From positions 1 to 64,000 of the forward strand of contig NOWV01000176.1 in NCBI GenBank assembly GCA_003344405.1: a stretch of DNA of 64,000 nt, written 5' to 3'. The translations under genes were made by a program, and so were the position numbers. The notes beneath the pieces are model-generated. The model was given only the letters and a program-made list of their open reading frames with translations, was not told the DNA's origin and ran no database searches. This document shows positions 41,924 through 56,802 of this stretch, one piece after another; within the stretch, counting starts at the first letter, position 1; every line of letters begins with the position of its first letter. The stretch comes from Trichoplax sp. H2 (taxonomy: Eukaryota).

Positions 41924-44900
41924 ATGGCGTCGAGGTTGTTGAGTAGAATATCGCGAAGCAGTCAATCGTTAAGCTTTAGAAGACAAACACCAGTTGTATC
42001 TGCTTTTAGGTAAGTTAATAGAGCGTTGAAAACAAGTGACTTAACAGTGTATTAGGTTGTACACGGTAGAATGCAAGTATGAAGCGGCTTGTAGTGCTAT
42101 ACCGTATTGGCAAGTTACAGAAAACGTGAATTAAGCGATCCATGTTTGTCTTGTCAAGGTGTGGACGACTTAGTTCCAATCCATCTTGACTAAATCGCCC
42201 TATCATGCTATCTTATACTCATGACGATATCAATTAAACATCAACGATGATCTGATAATGCTACTAGATTGTGTTGATCATGCGATCGAAGCCGTATTAT
42301 TCATACGAGTAGATCAACTTTTCAACTCTATCCGGTAATATGGACGATGTTTGTTGGCTGGGTGGAGTACAGTCGAGATCGTTTTTGACTAGTCTATCGA
42401 TCCAACTTTGCTCTTTCACTTCATCAAAGTTCTTTAAACTGATTGATGTACTGTAGTGGTTCAAGCTGCCTTTTACATACAAGTGATGGTCAAAGATAAG
42501 CAGTCTTGAGTAACTTGTTGTAATAAGAGTTAGCTTATGATTGTAGTATTTCCAAAGTTTTTCGACTTTTTTTTCTTGCAGTACCATGGGCCTTCCCCAT
42601 GACATGAACAATGTTGCCTACAGTAGTGTGTTAATCACTTTGTATCAATATTAATCATACTACGTCTATAAATGAATTCCAGATACAATAGCGATTCAAT
42701 CAAGGAAAGCAAGCAATCACTGAAACCTAAGCCCTGGGAACCTCAGGGTGTTCAGCAACCACTTTCTGACTTACAAATGAGAGTCTTGCCGGGATATCTC
42801 AACGATGATGCAGGAAATGTTTTATATCCGAACGAAATAAGCGAAATATGGGATAAGGATGGAGTTTGTACGTCATTTTCCAAGTATCATGAACCAATCT
42901 TTGTCATTAATATATATATGGTGTATTAGCAACATCTTTTGGCATGATGTTATTCTAATAACCTTCAATAAACTAAATTTATATTTTAAGAGAAAACATC
43001 TCTACGTACACCTTTCGGATGACTAACGCAATGACCGTGTTCTATATATTGTATCTCATCGAATTATTTCATGTTATAGTATTTACGCCGGACCAAGACA
43101 TCGGTAGCTATACGGTCAATTTCGGCCCACAACATCCAGCTGCTCACGGCGTATTACGTCTTGTCATGGAATTAAACGGAGAGGTATGTTTGGAATAGGT
43201 TCTCTGATTCATGATTCGGTAACGTTAACAACATAGATTGTATATCTCCTTCTGTAATATTTTTCATCAAAGTTGATTTATATGCGGGTTTAATCAAATG
43301 TCTAACTTTCTATATTATCTATCCATATTGATAGACTGTAAAACGTTGCGATCCACATATTGGTTTGTTACATCGTGGAACAGAGAAATTATGCGAATAC
43401 AAAACATACCTTCAGGTAATGTACAGTAGCTGTAGCATAATATCTACTTGTATATTAGACTATTCCTAGTCCGATATGATAAGAGGCCGCTTTATTGCTA
43501 AATACAATCTAGTAATAAAATAACAACATAGTCGGCTACATGTGCAACATAATATTACCAGTCTGTCCTGTATTCATACCTTAATAGAGTATGGTACAGT
43601 TTGATAATAACTTGACTGCTGATACAGATTAAAACATTTGACATATTGAAATAATTAACTACAGAGTATTCCGTAGACTTGAAAACAAAGCTAATCTTTC
43701 ACTGGACTTTTACTAGGCTTTACCTTATTTTGATCGTTTGGACTATGTATCCATGATGTGTAATGAACAATGCTACTCCTTAGCCGTAGAGAAGTTACTA
43801 AATATTCAAATTCCAGAAAGAGCAAAGTTTATTAGAGGTACTAGAAATTTGTGAAATAGCGATATCTAAATTTCTCTCAGCCAGCAATAAAATATTAATT
43901 AATTCAATTTTTGCAGTCTTATTTGCCGAAATTAGTCGACTATTAAATCACATTATGGCTGTTACCACTCATGCGTTGGATGTTGGTGCTATGACGCCTT
44001 TCTTCTGGATGTTTGAAGAGCGTGAAAAGGTAAATTTGAACATAACAACTACTGGCAGATTTATAGCTTAAGGTTAAAGCATGGCTGCACTTGAATAATA
44101 CCACATGCCTTATAATGTCACTTCAGATGATGGAATTCTATGAGCGCGTCTCTGGAGCTAGATTGCACGCTGCTTATGTAAGACCTGGTGGAGTTGCACA
44201 GGTAGTTAAACTAGAACTAGAATTATAGTGTACAGTTGCTAATTCCGTTGAGAAAAACTTAACTTAAGTAACAACGGAATGTACAAACCGTCCTCTTCCA
44301 TTGTGTCGTTGTTTAGGACTTACCGTTAGGGCTGATGGATGACATTTATAGTTTCTGTAAGAATTTTTCGCAACGAATTGATGAATTGGAAGAGGTAACA
44401 TACAGTATTTGGAATAATTGATTGAAATCACATCTGCCTTCTCTCAGCTGGAATTATCTTGTATTGCTTTATTTTGGGCATAGATGTTAACAAACAATCG
44501 CATCTGGAGGGATAGAACCGTCGATATTGGGATAGTCACAGCTCAAGAGGCTCTTGATAATAGTTTCAGGTGACTGTTTAGTGACTTTTGCACCGATCAA
44601 TTTTAAAGTTGATAATAGTTCCTTTATACCTGATAGCGAGGGTTTAAGAAATTTAATAAAAATGTTGTTGCGCAAATTTTATATGATATTCCTTCACCAA
44701 ATTATCAGCGGTGTTATGCTACGAGGTTCTGGAATTAAATGGGATCTTCGAAAGGTGCAGCCATACGATGCTTACGATAAAGTTGAATTCGATATTCCAA
44801 TCGGTACTAATGGCGATTGCTATGATAGGTAAAACGATTAACTGGAACAGTGTATTAAGAATTGGCCGATTATTTTATCTCGTTCTCCTAATTTGCTTTG

Positions 44901-45735
44901 CATAAATCTCTACACTTCACAGATACTTATGTAGAGTGGAGGAAATGAGACAGAGCTTACGTATTATTATGCAGGTATATTTTGTTTGTCATGATAACTG
45001 CTATGATTGTAGTGGAAGACTATTTTTGTTCGCTTCGATTATTTTACTTACACTATAAATTCGCTATTATTAGTGTTTGAACCAAATGCCTGAAGGAGAA
45101 GTTAGAGTAGATGACGCTAAAATATCACCTCCACGACGAGCAGAAATGAAGGTCAGCTATGGATCGATAAATGCTTGTTTTGGTATTCTTGGATATTATG
45201 ATAGAAACTAAATTTCTTCATATTTTTATCGTATAGGATTCAATGGAATCTCTGATCCATCACTTTAAACTATTTACTGAGGGTTACAATGTTCCACCTG
45301 GGGCCACATACACTGCGACAGAATCACCAAAAGGTGAACTTGCCGTGTACGTTGTATCAGATGGAAGTAGTAAACCGTACCGCGTGCGCATCAGAGCCCC
45401 TGGATTTGCTCACTTGGTCAGTTTCAAAATCGTTATGTTAATTGTTTTTAATTTAATGTTATTCAGACGACAACTTAAACTAACTCTTAATCGTTAATAG
45501 GCTGCAGTTGACAAAGTCGCCAGAAATCATTTCTTAGCCGATGTCGTAGCTATCCTTGGTAATTATTATGTTTATTTCAATATACTTTTCTACTAGATAA
45601 TTGACATAATATACGCAGAATAACATTACTCATTGATATAGTTAAAAGTGGCTGATAAACCTGCTCATTGGCTTTCACTTTGATTATTATTAAATAGGTA
45701 CTATGGATGTTGTATTTGGAGAAGTTGATCGCTAA
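41924..45735 (+). CDS. NDUFS2: NADH:ubiquinone oxidoreductase 49-kDa subunit, 15 exons
   Basis: Approximate exons 41924-42009, 42683-42867, 43080-43183, 43335-43415, 43717-43837, 43917-44028, 44127-44201, 44317-44394, 44484-44569, 44709-44828, 44923-44974, 45074-45151, 45237-45416, 45501-45558, 45699-45735. Motifs [67 protein letters not shown]-rich mitochondrial presequence. Confidence 0.97.
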
Positions 45736-46724
45736 CTTTTAAAGCAACAATTCGGTTACATGTCTAGAATAAAACCGCTTAATGTGGCTTTGTTGTCTAA
45801 ATTTTCGAAGTACTTTAACTGCTTGAATACATTATTATTGTACACGAGTCACCAACTTTGTATAACATTACTCATATTCTGCCAAATTTAAAAAAATACT
45901 TTTATTAAGGTATTATTTAGGCAGTTCATAACTTCATACTAACACAGGTTTGATATGTGTCATGCTCTACTGTATGCGTCTGTAAAACAAATTTTGTAAG
46001 TAGCCATATTTGCGATGTATACCAACAAAATCAGCCAATAAAATTGTCTAAAATTGTCTAAACATTCAATCTTCGAGGTATCTTTTACCACGTGATGTTG
46101 CTACAAAATCTAGAAATCTCTAGTACCTATTTGTACTGCATTGGGTATCGATCGTTGCGTATTAAAATTAAAAATGTGGGATACGATAGCTGAGCGGGCG
46201 GATACCCACAACAAAATACTCCAATAGCAAATTGGCTAGAGGAAACAATAATTTACTACGTGTAGACTTTGCTCATAGCAGCGGGTGATCAAAACAATTT
46301 TAAAATATCGATCGGTTAATTTCAAATTTTAGTTACTCTGCATTGATCGCATAGACAAGACATTACAATATTCCACTTCACACTGATATACTGACGAAAA
46401 AGGAAATGGCAGTCTACCGTGAACGAATAATCGATAGGTATTTGATATTTATGACGATCTAAAATCGTGCATGAATATGGAATGAAGACAAATTCAAGTC
46501 GTTTGCTATGCGAGTATCTTTCGACTGTAAACTGATTCAATAATGGCTAGGATTAATTCTTATGATTGACATAATTAAGAGCCATCACCGAAAATTTGTT
46601 ATTCATACTCATTTTGTCCAACTACTATCCATTTGTCGTATATTATCTAATTCAGAATTATGAAGTTACTGCCACTAACGTTTTCTGTTAATAAATCCAT
46701 AGGCTTTACGACTGTGACGAAGAT

Positions 46725-47412
46725 ATGAATTCTATTGATAAAGAATTTAAGAATCACGCGAAAATTATTAGAAATGTCTTTCGAGATCCGAAGTTGCTAA
46801 ACTTAGATACTGATGACGACGTCGAAGAGCAGGAACTTCCAAATCCTCGTACGTATTTGACGTTCTGGCTGAAATTATAAAGTGTTGCATTTGTTTTACA
46901 CTTTTCTTTTTCAGCTTACGTACTATCCCGACAAAATCAGCTAATGTAATTCTACTTATGGGATTTTTACAGCTCCGATAGGATTTATTGGCATGGACGA
47001 TATATTTAAGACGGAAGAAGATAAAAAGAAAGAGCCAAAGAAGAAATCATCTTCAATCAATCGCGTTAAGGTTAAACTAAGTAACATCTACAAAAAGCCT
47101 GAGACATCACCTAAGAAAAAAGCTGTTAAGAACAAGGAAGAATCACCGAAGCCGCGTTACTCAGCTTATGTTAGTTGTTCATCTGTCGATAATGGCGATG
47201 GTAATTATCATATCGAGCAAAGGAGTGCCGTCCACAATCAGGATGGTGAAGAAGAATACTTAGTCACGAAATATGATAAAGATCGTAGTTATGCTATGCG
47301 TAAACACATTTATGCCGATGGCTACGAGGAAATACAACGCGATTACAGGCGAAAATCAGATGATAGAAAGATTCATTTTCGCGATATGTGCGGTATTAAA
47401 TGGGATGAATAA
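46725..47412 (+). CDS. Charged protein, tentatively HAX1-like (or MLF-like)
   Basis: Exon 46725-46848 (MNSIDKEFKNHAKIIRNVFRDPK..., donor gtacgt) joins in phase to 46973-47412. The C-terminal SCSSVDNGDGNYHIEQRSAVHNQDGEEEYLVTKYDKDRSY resembles the HAX1 C-terminal beta-rich pattern. The true start may lie in an upstream exon. Confidence 0.55.
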
Positions 47413-49014
47413 TTAGTAAAGATAAAAATTATCCATCTATATTGGTTTATGAAGTCTATTTTATTTATGATAACCGAATTTCGTTTATCAATAATTTTTT
47501 CAATAAATGTACGCCAATATTGAATGAATAAATTTATGGAGGTTTTTTATATTCATGCGAAACATGGCGACTAACTCAAAAACAGTATATAAAGATATCC
47601 TATCATCACCCTTAGGATCAAATTACAATTGTCAGGATAGATCTTAGTAGATGTAATTCTTATTCTAAGTAATAATTTTTCGTGTTACATAGTTCCTCGA
47701 CATTTTTGTTAATATTTCACGTTTGCTGATGTATTTTCTTCACATAAGTCTATTAGTTTAGTAGTACTATTACTCATTGAAAACCATTAACATTGTCGTA
47801 CACTATTCGTGTACTATTTTTAAATTTATTTTAGTTCATAGAAAATCAAGGCTGTTCTTTATTCTTGATATACCACCATCTCTCGTTTGTAATAAAGTTT
47901 AACACTACTAAACATTAAAAAGTGTATACTATGATATTCAATGGTTAGAAAACTGATTTTCCGCTGATAACGATTCATTGTCAGAATTTCGTCTATTTTG
48001 ATCACCTAAAGTAACTCAATAAACATAGTGTTAATCTTTTTAAAATTGTTATTTCGCAATGTAATCATACCTTTCACTGATAACATTACCATTTTTAATT
48101 TTAAAATAATAAATGTAAAATGATTTCTGAATCGAAAATCAATAAAGTAATCCTCAGTTAGTCAGCGAGAGTAAATGAGCAGTTTTTTGACATTTTTTAA
48201 AGTCCTGGCGATAATACAGTATATTCGCAAGAACTGCATAGTGTGGCAATGTATTGGTCTACGCTTCCCAGAAAACTTTACGAAGTACTAGTTTAATAGG
48301 CACACAATCCTTCATAGATATTAAAGATAGCACGATTAGATTACTTGTTCTGCAAATTTATATCACCAAGTTATAGAGAAGCTATATTGTAATTGTGGAA
48401 TGTAATTAAATCACTTAAATCGTAATAATTATAGATGTATATTAAAAATCCACTCAATCCATCATATGATAAAATTGGTCTCGTAGAATTTAGTCTTTTA
48501 ACAGAAAGCACGAAAAATATTGATAGTTTCATATAATTATATACGTTTGTGCGTTTGTATACGTATTACTATTAAAATATTCCTTAGCTCCACTTAAATT
48601 TAAATTCATATACGGGTCACTAGGTCTTCAGCATCAATTTGGTTTCTAAAATGACAAACTTAGATTCCATCTGCATTTACAATAATTAACGATATGCCAA
48701 CGTACATGCATTATTGTACTTGAAATAGCTTCTATACTTTTGATTAGTATTTAGAAAAAATTTACAGTTAATGAAAGGCTTCTTTCAGTCTCCTCACACC
48801 GCAAGTTACAAAAGCATCACACTTTAATGGATTCCATTTTGGTAACGTAACAGAAGCAATTGAATTACTTCTAAAGATGAATCTTGCTTTAGTACTAGTT
48901 TGGATCATTAGTAATAACAATTGGATATTATAAAATTTTTTATTTCGATAAAGGCCAGTAATTTGATAATTTTATACGATATTAGACATAATTTATGTAA
49001 TACTTTCTGAAAGA

Positions 49015-51947
49015 TTAGGATAACGGTAAGGAAGATACAACGATATATTGGCCATCATTATTCTTTTGCATCTTGCATAATTGAATATTGCTTAAATTAG
49101 TAGATCCAAAATTGAAATGATTCATATCCTGAAAATGACGATAAAAATACGATAGCACACACTATTAACTATTCGATATCAAATAGCTAAAATTATCAAA
49201 AATCAATACTACTGATAGATACTGATACCCTGTAGTCGACTATAAGATTATGACAGCATATAAAACTAATTACTCGATCTCACTGATACGATCAACACTA
49301 ATGACAGATGCCGGTATCAAGCAGTCTATAATAACACTTGGATAGTACTATGGTTCGTACCATTACTGTACTTATATACGGCTATCCTACAACCATATTT
49401 GTGCGAATGGTCGTGTTTCCTTCACGATATTATCAAGTAAGTATGCCGAACATTAGTTTGCAACCGATATAGCAAGTTAGGTTGCAATTAGTACGTTCAT
49501 GCAATGATAATTGTTTACTAAGAGCTTAATCATAGCACCAGATAGCAGTTTGTTTTAATTCTCACGTACCTGTAGTATATTTCTAGCATCAAAAGGTTCC
49601 GTTCCACCAGGTGTTGATGTTCTATACCTAGAATTCATCAGTGTAGCATGGAGTTTTAGACGTGGACCTTCTTTTCCAGTCAATCCTGATGCAACAAATC
49701 GATCAACTATATCTTCACCCAGTTCTTGTAATCTAAAAGGCGTAATGCAATTTATTTTGTTTCAAGGTAATGAACTTTAAACGTACAGTTCATAAATATT
49801 TTATACCCTACAGAGATAAAGTATACGAAATTGATCTACTTACATCGTATCATGGATTTCAGCATAGAGCACCTTTGCTGCTGAAGGATCATCACCCATT
49901 ATTTCCAATCCCTTGATGTCCACCTTTGCTTGTTTAATGGATTTAAGTCGTTTGCTTATATAAGAAAATTTGCTCATATCAGCTCATTCAATCATACAAT
50001 ATACATTCATATAATTTTTTCTTGCTATAAATCTAGAGTTAATGAAAATGTATTTAGCAATATTTACTACCTAACGACATCGGAACAATCGTCGAAAATT
50101 CGTTTAGCCTTATCCTAGAAAAACAACGAATGTTGTTCTTTTAACTTATAGATGTAATGCTTAATGTCAATCTTACACAAAACAATTTACCTCTTCTATT
50201 TTATCAAACAAGCGCAGAACTACTATTGTAATGTGTAGCCGTTGCGGCTCTTGCATGATTGATTCTTCAATACCTTTGCACTATGGATGACAAGGTGATG
50301 AGAGTAAATTAATACATTGAGATCAATTGCAATGATTCAAAATTATCAAGTTTCAGAAATATACCGTATGTGACGTCTCGGTTGAGATGAATATAAAATG
50401 GATATTATTTTACGTTTTAGTTTGAATGTAACGCAGTAGAGATATACTGTATCGTAACTGATACAATAATAAGTATTGATCTCTCACTCTAACAGTTATG
50501 ACGATAATTATAAGTAGATTGCATTTTACGCTTGATGAATAATACAACCATTTCTTGTCAACTTGTACTGCAGTTGTTAACATCACCAGTAATCATACCT
50601 GACTAAAGTCTTGTAAGACCATATCTTTAAATTGAATGTAGCTACTAATAACTTGTTTCGATAATAGCGGTACCATCACAAAATGTGTTGGTAGCGCTTT
50701 ACTGCGGCAACTATCCACCAATAGTTCGATTCTAACTTTAGCGGAAATGACACCCTTTTTTGATGATCCGGTAATACATGTCAGATCTAATGGAAAACAA
50801 GGTCATAGTCACACTCAAATAACAAGGTGACAATATAGATATTAATAAATCCTTGCATGCTGTATCAATATACAGTACTGTATTTATTGCATCATCATCG
50901 ATAGTTTTACTGCAGTAGCAAGCAATTAATACAGTTATTTTAAGGTACTAAAAATTGTATCTTCCTGCATGTAGACTGACAGTAGCATGAATACTACGGC
51001 TAGAGTTACTTTTTTAAAGTGATCATTTTATACGATAGGGTCCGTGATTGAGTTAACCCAAATACTATGGGATAGTGCTGATGTAAAATAACAATTCTAT
51101 AATTTTAACACAATCTTAGAACCTATCTACCTAATCATGACAGTTTCTATAGTGACCCGCAAATATCGAGACAACACTAGCCTAGATTCAGCGTAATCCA
51201 ATACTACGAACGATATATGTATTGTATCTTCATTACTATGCTGTAGGTCATCATTCAATCCTAGTGCTACTTATATGAATCTACGTTATCATAAACGGTG
51301 TTGCTATTGCAGTACATTGTTCAAATTTATTCTGCAGCCACGAATTAAACATAACCCTATAAAGTAAATTTACCATTCGAAGCATCAGAATTTCTTGAAG
51401 AAGGCAGCTTAATTTTCGTCCCAGTATCCTGTTGCAATTGTTTCATATTGCTACCTTTCTTACCAATAATCATGCCAAAGCATTTCTCAGGTACTCGTAA
51501 GGATAGTTTGTAACCGTTAGGAGTTTCTTCTATGCTTTCGTCCTCGTCTTGGTTATCATCATCGAAAAAGTCAGGTTGAATACCGTCGGCTGTAATAAGA
51601 AGATATTAAGATTTTTATAGCTGCTTATCCAATATAGCAGATTATAATAGGGTATAATACTAGTATCTACGACTGTAAACATACAAACTCTGCGTCTATG
51701 GCAACTCAAATTGTGTATACGCGTATCTAGATGATATGGTCAAAAATACTATAGTTGAGTCCATGCTAGGATTGACCAAAACATGTACAGAACATAGAGT
51801 GTGAGAGGAAATTTCTAAAGGTTTCGGGAACTGATCACTTACTTTACTTACACTTAGAATTTACAATCTTTATTTGTACACGTACGTGTGCATATCTCTT
51901 CGGTATAGTACGACATTATATGATATCTGCTGGACTGTATCCTTCAT
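49015..51947 (-). CDS. ASCC1: Activating signal cointegrator 1 complex subunit 1 (KH domain + 2H-phosphoesterase)
   Basis: Exons 51947-51886, 51695-51685 (micro), ~51590-51374 (KH: FGMIIGRKGSNMKQLQQDTGTKIKLP), 50786-50599 (PTHF), 50280-50191 (RLHITI), ~50114-50071, ~49955-49844 (GLEIMGDDPS..VLYA), ~49733-49570 (KLHATLMNSRY, FDA), 49128-49015 (FNFG). Two HxT motifs. Confidence 0.9.
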
Positions 51948-52684
51948 ACGTATATTACTACAGTATTTTAAGTATTATTATTAACACTGCAGGAACTAGA
52001 TATGAATAGGTCTACACTATTATTTAATACAGTATTATGGCTATACTGTCTTGAGATCGCTGTTAGCAATGTCGACGTTAAATTAATGCCCTTTAGTGGA
52101 TTAATCAATCTTTCCTTTGAGATTTAGATATTCAATCGTAATTATTCAATAACCTTTTACTAATTCACCGTCAAATTTGAAATTTTCTTCTAGCACACGA
52201 TAGCATCGACCATTAATGTTGACAATCTCCGGCATCATGATATCATTAGCGTTAGCCATGATGGGTTCTTGTGACACTACAGTACGTTCGTTGATCAATG
52301 TTAGTCCAATCCAGCAATACAACTTTATAAGCTAGGCAGGCTGTTCATCCTGACCTGAAAAGATGCACATGACAAAAAGGGTCATCACTTTCAAATTGCT
52401 AGCATACCAGAAACAGCCACAAGTTCAGGTCCTACTTACGTTATCTACCCAATACCCTGCCTAGATTAATTATTACTCTATCTGATGTTGATTGTAGTAT
52501 CCAAGTAATACAGTACGAAGAGCAGAGTGACTATCGATTGGCTTTTCTTGATCAGCGAGCAAATCAGCATGTACTGACCTATTAATGGAGAGATATTTTC
52601 AACGCATTGATAGGCTGTCGTTATGCTTATATCGTATTATAATACTGTATTATCATGACTGTTTCCTCTACACTACCGTGGGTT

Positions 52685-53452
52685 AGTCTACCGTGAGCTA
52701 AATGATTTCATTGATTTAGGCCGCTGCTCAATTTTACCTATTACACCCAGCAAATGATCACAACAAACAAGGCGCTGAGTCTTGTACTTGGATCTTGCTT
52801 CTAGTTGACCTGGTTTATGTATCAATGGAGAATGCAAGCTATTGATTATCGACCGAAAATAAGAAATGGTTTCTTACACAGAAACGATGCAATCTTGGTG
52901 ATTACCTTGACGATTGTGTACAAACAGCTACAATTGCTTCAAGAATGAATTAATTATAAAATGATTGGTATCTTGGACGCCTAAACCTTAGCAAGAGTTG
53001 GAATGTTTTGGATGATTGTAGTAGCCAGCAAAGCTGCAAGTGTACAATTGAGACGATCCAGTCTACAGTCTACCGTGAGCTAAATGATTTCATTGATTTA
53101 GGCTACTGCTCAATTTTACCTATTACACCCAGCAAATGATCACAACAAACAAGGCGCTGATTCTTGTACTTGGATCTTGCTTCTAGTTGACCTGGTTTAT
53201 GTATCAATGGAGAATGCAAGCTATTGATTATCGACCGAAAATAAGAAATGGTTTCTTACACAGAAACGATGCAATCTTGGTGATTACCTTGACGATTGTG
53301 CACAAACAGCTACAATTGCTTCAAGAATGAATTAATTATAAAATGATTGGTATCTTGGACGCCTAAACCTTAGCAAGATTTCGAATGTTTTGGATGATTG
53401 TAGCAGCCAGCAAAGCTGCAAAAGTGTACGATCGAGACTATCGAGTCTACAG
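52685..53452. repeat. Tandem duplication, 2 x 382 bp, upstream of the ASCC1 coding start
   Basis: agtctaccgtgagctaaatg starts at 52685 and 53067. The copies are nearly identical. Confidence 0.95.
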
Positions 53453-54200
53453 TGTACAGTGTACAGTATGAACGTTGTATTGTGTACTGTACACTCTTGC
53501 TTAGGACGGTCAAGAATTTACCCTACTGGACGCTGTTGAGCGACTTAGCTGCTCGTGTCGAGGTAAGAAAAAAGCCTGTTTTTGGACCTCGATGGCTGCT
53601 CGTCAGGAGAGCTATCTTCAACAGTGGTCGGTGCACTAGTGTAAACTATCGTATCCACTGGTATACACTGTTTGATGGGGATCCAAGAAAGAGAGACTAT
53701 CAAACTACCGCACCAAACCATGGGCAGAACTTGGACTGTCTTTGCCTGGTCAGTTTTACTTGACGGGTCGGCAAGGACAGACAGCCAACAGTGTAGTGGT
53801 CGGTTATAGAGGTAGAATACAGTTAAAATGGCTAGCAATCTGTCGGCCTTCCTGGTTCCACTACCATCATCCACCCTTCAGCGACTTGGATGACGGTGCA
53901 GTACCGTACCAGGGTCTTCTGAGCAGGCCCAACGTGCACGTGACCCACTCCAAGCCTTACCGTCGACATCAAGAGCAGTCAGGGTATTGTATCATACCAT
54001 CGGTCAAAAGCCCTATCACTCGTATTCACTTGCTTCTGACAGCGGTGCTAGTAGAGTCAGGGGCGGTGGTCAAGGTCCAGTGGACCAGGGTAATCCATTT
54101 TTAACCCGTACGCACACTTTTTACTGACTACAGTATAAAATCGCTTTTAACCCCTGGGCTGATTAACTTGACCGTTGCTGTGGAAGGGTCGGAAAACCAG
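53440..54200. promoter_or_regulatory. GC-enriched island, probable bidirectional promoter of ASCC1 (-) and RNF13/167 (+)
   Basis: Local GC rise between divergent genes, ACAGT-type tracts, palindrome ggtccagtggacc (54074-54086), and splice donors facing outward (+ at ~54201 gtaggt; - at ~53960 gtaagg). Confidence 0.6.
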
Positions 54201-56802
54201 GTAGGTAAAAGTTATCTATGCCTTTCTCCTTTTTTCAATCTTCTTCATCTCCAATCTTGTAGTTCTTCATTTCCAATGGACCATGATGCAGTTTTCATCA
54301 TGATCCATGATTAGATGTTGCACCTTTTTTTTGGGGGGGGGGGAGTTGAAATACGGTATTCGTCATTTATTTTCGTCGCCATCTTGGTTATGTTTACAAA
54401 TGAACAATAGCTTGGCCATCGCCTGTTCATCAACACTTTTTCTACACTAACTATTTCTACTTGATTTTGATCACTTGACCCATGCAATGCCTTGATCATC
54501 ATGATATGAAATGGAATCGATCGTATAGACTTCTTTTTTTCCTTGGATACTTTCTTCCAGTATCGAAAACCCTATCAACCATGTTTTGTTGTCCTCTATT
54601 GGATGATTAGACTCAGCGGGCCAACAAATGACGTTGAAACCACTGCCTTGTAAAATAGTTTTACCTTAGTCATAATAGTAATGGACTGATCAGGATATGG
54701 ATTACCTTCGTTTAAACAGTACGACTACAGTACTTGTATCTTTTTCTTCTAGTGACAGTAGAGAGTAGAAAAGAAAAAAGAACGCTCTGAAATGCAAACT
54801 AAAACTTGTCTAAAATTGCCCGTCCTCGTATATTATTTTATTTACAGTTGCTTACGGTAGTATTGCACCTGTGTTGATTGCCTTGACTTATTGCTCTTTA
54901 AAGAGAATTGGCGTTGCAGTCATTATTTAACGACGTTTAACAATGATGTACTTGGCACATAGACGGCGCTGATTTCTGAGAATTCTCCAGTCAATAATTC
55001 TCATTGAAAGTATTGACTTCAAAATCTACATTGCGTCAATATCAAGTAGAATATGAAAACATTCCTATCAATGTTCAAAATTTCCCCATCATGACGACAT
55101 GATTGTAGCATACATACTGGAATAGAACCGATGATGAGTTCATTTTCAATTCGTTCACAAATAGAAAGAATGCGCTACAGACTTTCACATTGACTCTTAG
55201 GTGAAAAAAACAAACTGAGAAAACCATATTAAACTTGCGTTGAAAATGGCTTTAGAACAAATGAAGTGAATAGGCATGATAAGCGCTGGCTTCTGTAGAA
55301 TTTTATTCCATGATGATAAATCCGTTAACAATTTATATGCATGTCATCATGTCTTCAGTACTGTATAACAGCGAATCGAGTAATGATATGTTTAAGACAA
55401 GGAAAACATTCAGTTTTACTTCTAGCTAGCAATGATTTTGCCCTTCGCCAAGGTTGGAAAAAAATCGCCTTATTATTATTATTTTTTAATCTCTAATTGG
55501 ATGCCTGGCCCAGAAAAAAGAAAGAATGAAATAATTATTTATATGTTTGTCTTCGCCTTTTGTCTTTTACATAGAGAAGCCTCGACGGTAAATGATAACT
55601 TAATTCAACAATACTCTTGTAGACCACCATATTCACCTTCATCAACCGCTCTCAGTTGATCTTCGATTATAGATTACTATAGTTATCAATCTTTGAGAAA
55701 ACCTATCCTCGTAATGATATGGCTTTATCTATTCAGTTAGAAGTAGAAATGGGGGGGGGGCCGTTTATTTCATATTTGTAAATTAATTTAACCTTATACG
55801 AGTAGGAATGACGTATGGTTGACCCATTTCCACTGGCTACCTTCAGTACTGTGCTCTGTATTAACAAGTAAAAGGATAACAAATATCGACATACGAGTTT
55901 GTAACTAGTACAGTCTTTACATGCTCTGTTTGCGATTCCAATATCATTGAACAGACGCATGAATTGATTGAGAATCGATTATAGTAACTCTTGCATTTAT
56001 GGTAGAATAGGGATTGAAGGCTAGAATATAGCAGAAGTAAAGATGATGTAACAAAGTTATTGTAGTCCACTTTGATGTAACATTTCTAGTCCAGCCTATA
56101 ATTAATTAGAAACCGTGATTACATCGGCAAACGTTATCTTGTCAAAGTAATACTGGAAGGATAACTAACAAGATAAAATAATCACTAATTTGTACAAGAT
56201 GGCTTTGATAAATACGTACTGGTAACATTGTACGCGTACTACTGGATAGCAGATCCTTCTAGCAATACCTTTTAATTTCTATAATTTGACTACAATCTTA
56301 TCTTCTCTACACGTATAGTGGATAGTATTTTATTGACGTTATGATGACGACAAAGAATTGCTATGCAAATCATTCCAAGATCAAACATTAGAAAATAGAT
56401 GCTTCAGTTTTGAGCAATCAAGCATTACTCACATAGCGTTCTATCTACGATAAAATGGCTGACATTTATTTCATTTTATTTTCAATATCAATCACATAGA
56501 ATCATAATTGCATATTTCATTGACAATGAATGTAAGCAATTGCAAGATTTTACATGCACACAGGATTGATTAACATGAAGATTTCTAAATTTATTCCATG
56601 TGTGGTACAACTTGTCATCAGACAACATGATGATTTGATACGTATTTGCTTGCTTTAATTCTATCTCAGCTCAGCAAGATAATAACCGATGCGCATATGC
56701 TTATATTGCTTCATTCTAGGTTGTTTACGATTGCCGGATTGTAATTTTAAGCGAAGATTAACACTTCTTTCTCGGTGGTGAAAGCGTTGCAAATTTTGCA
56801 AA

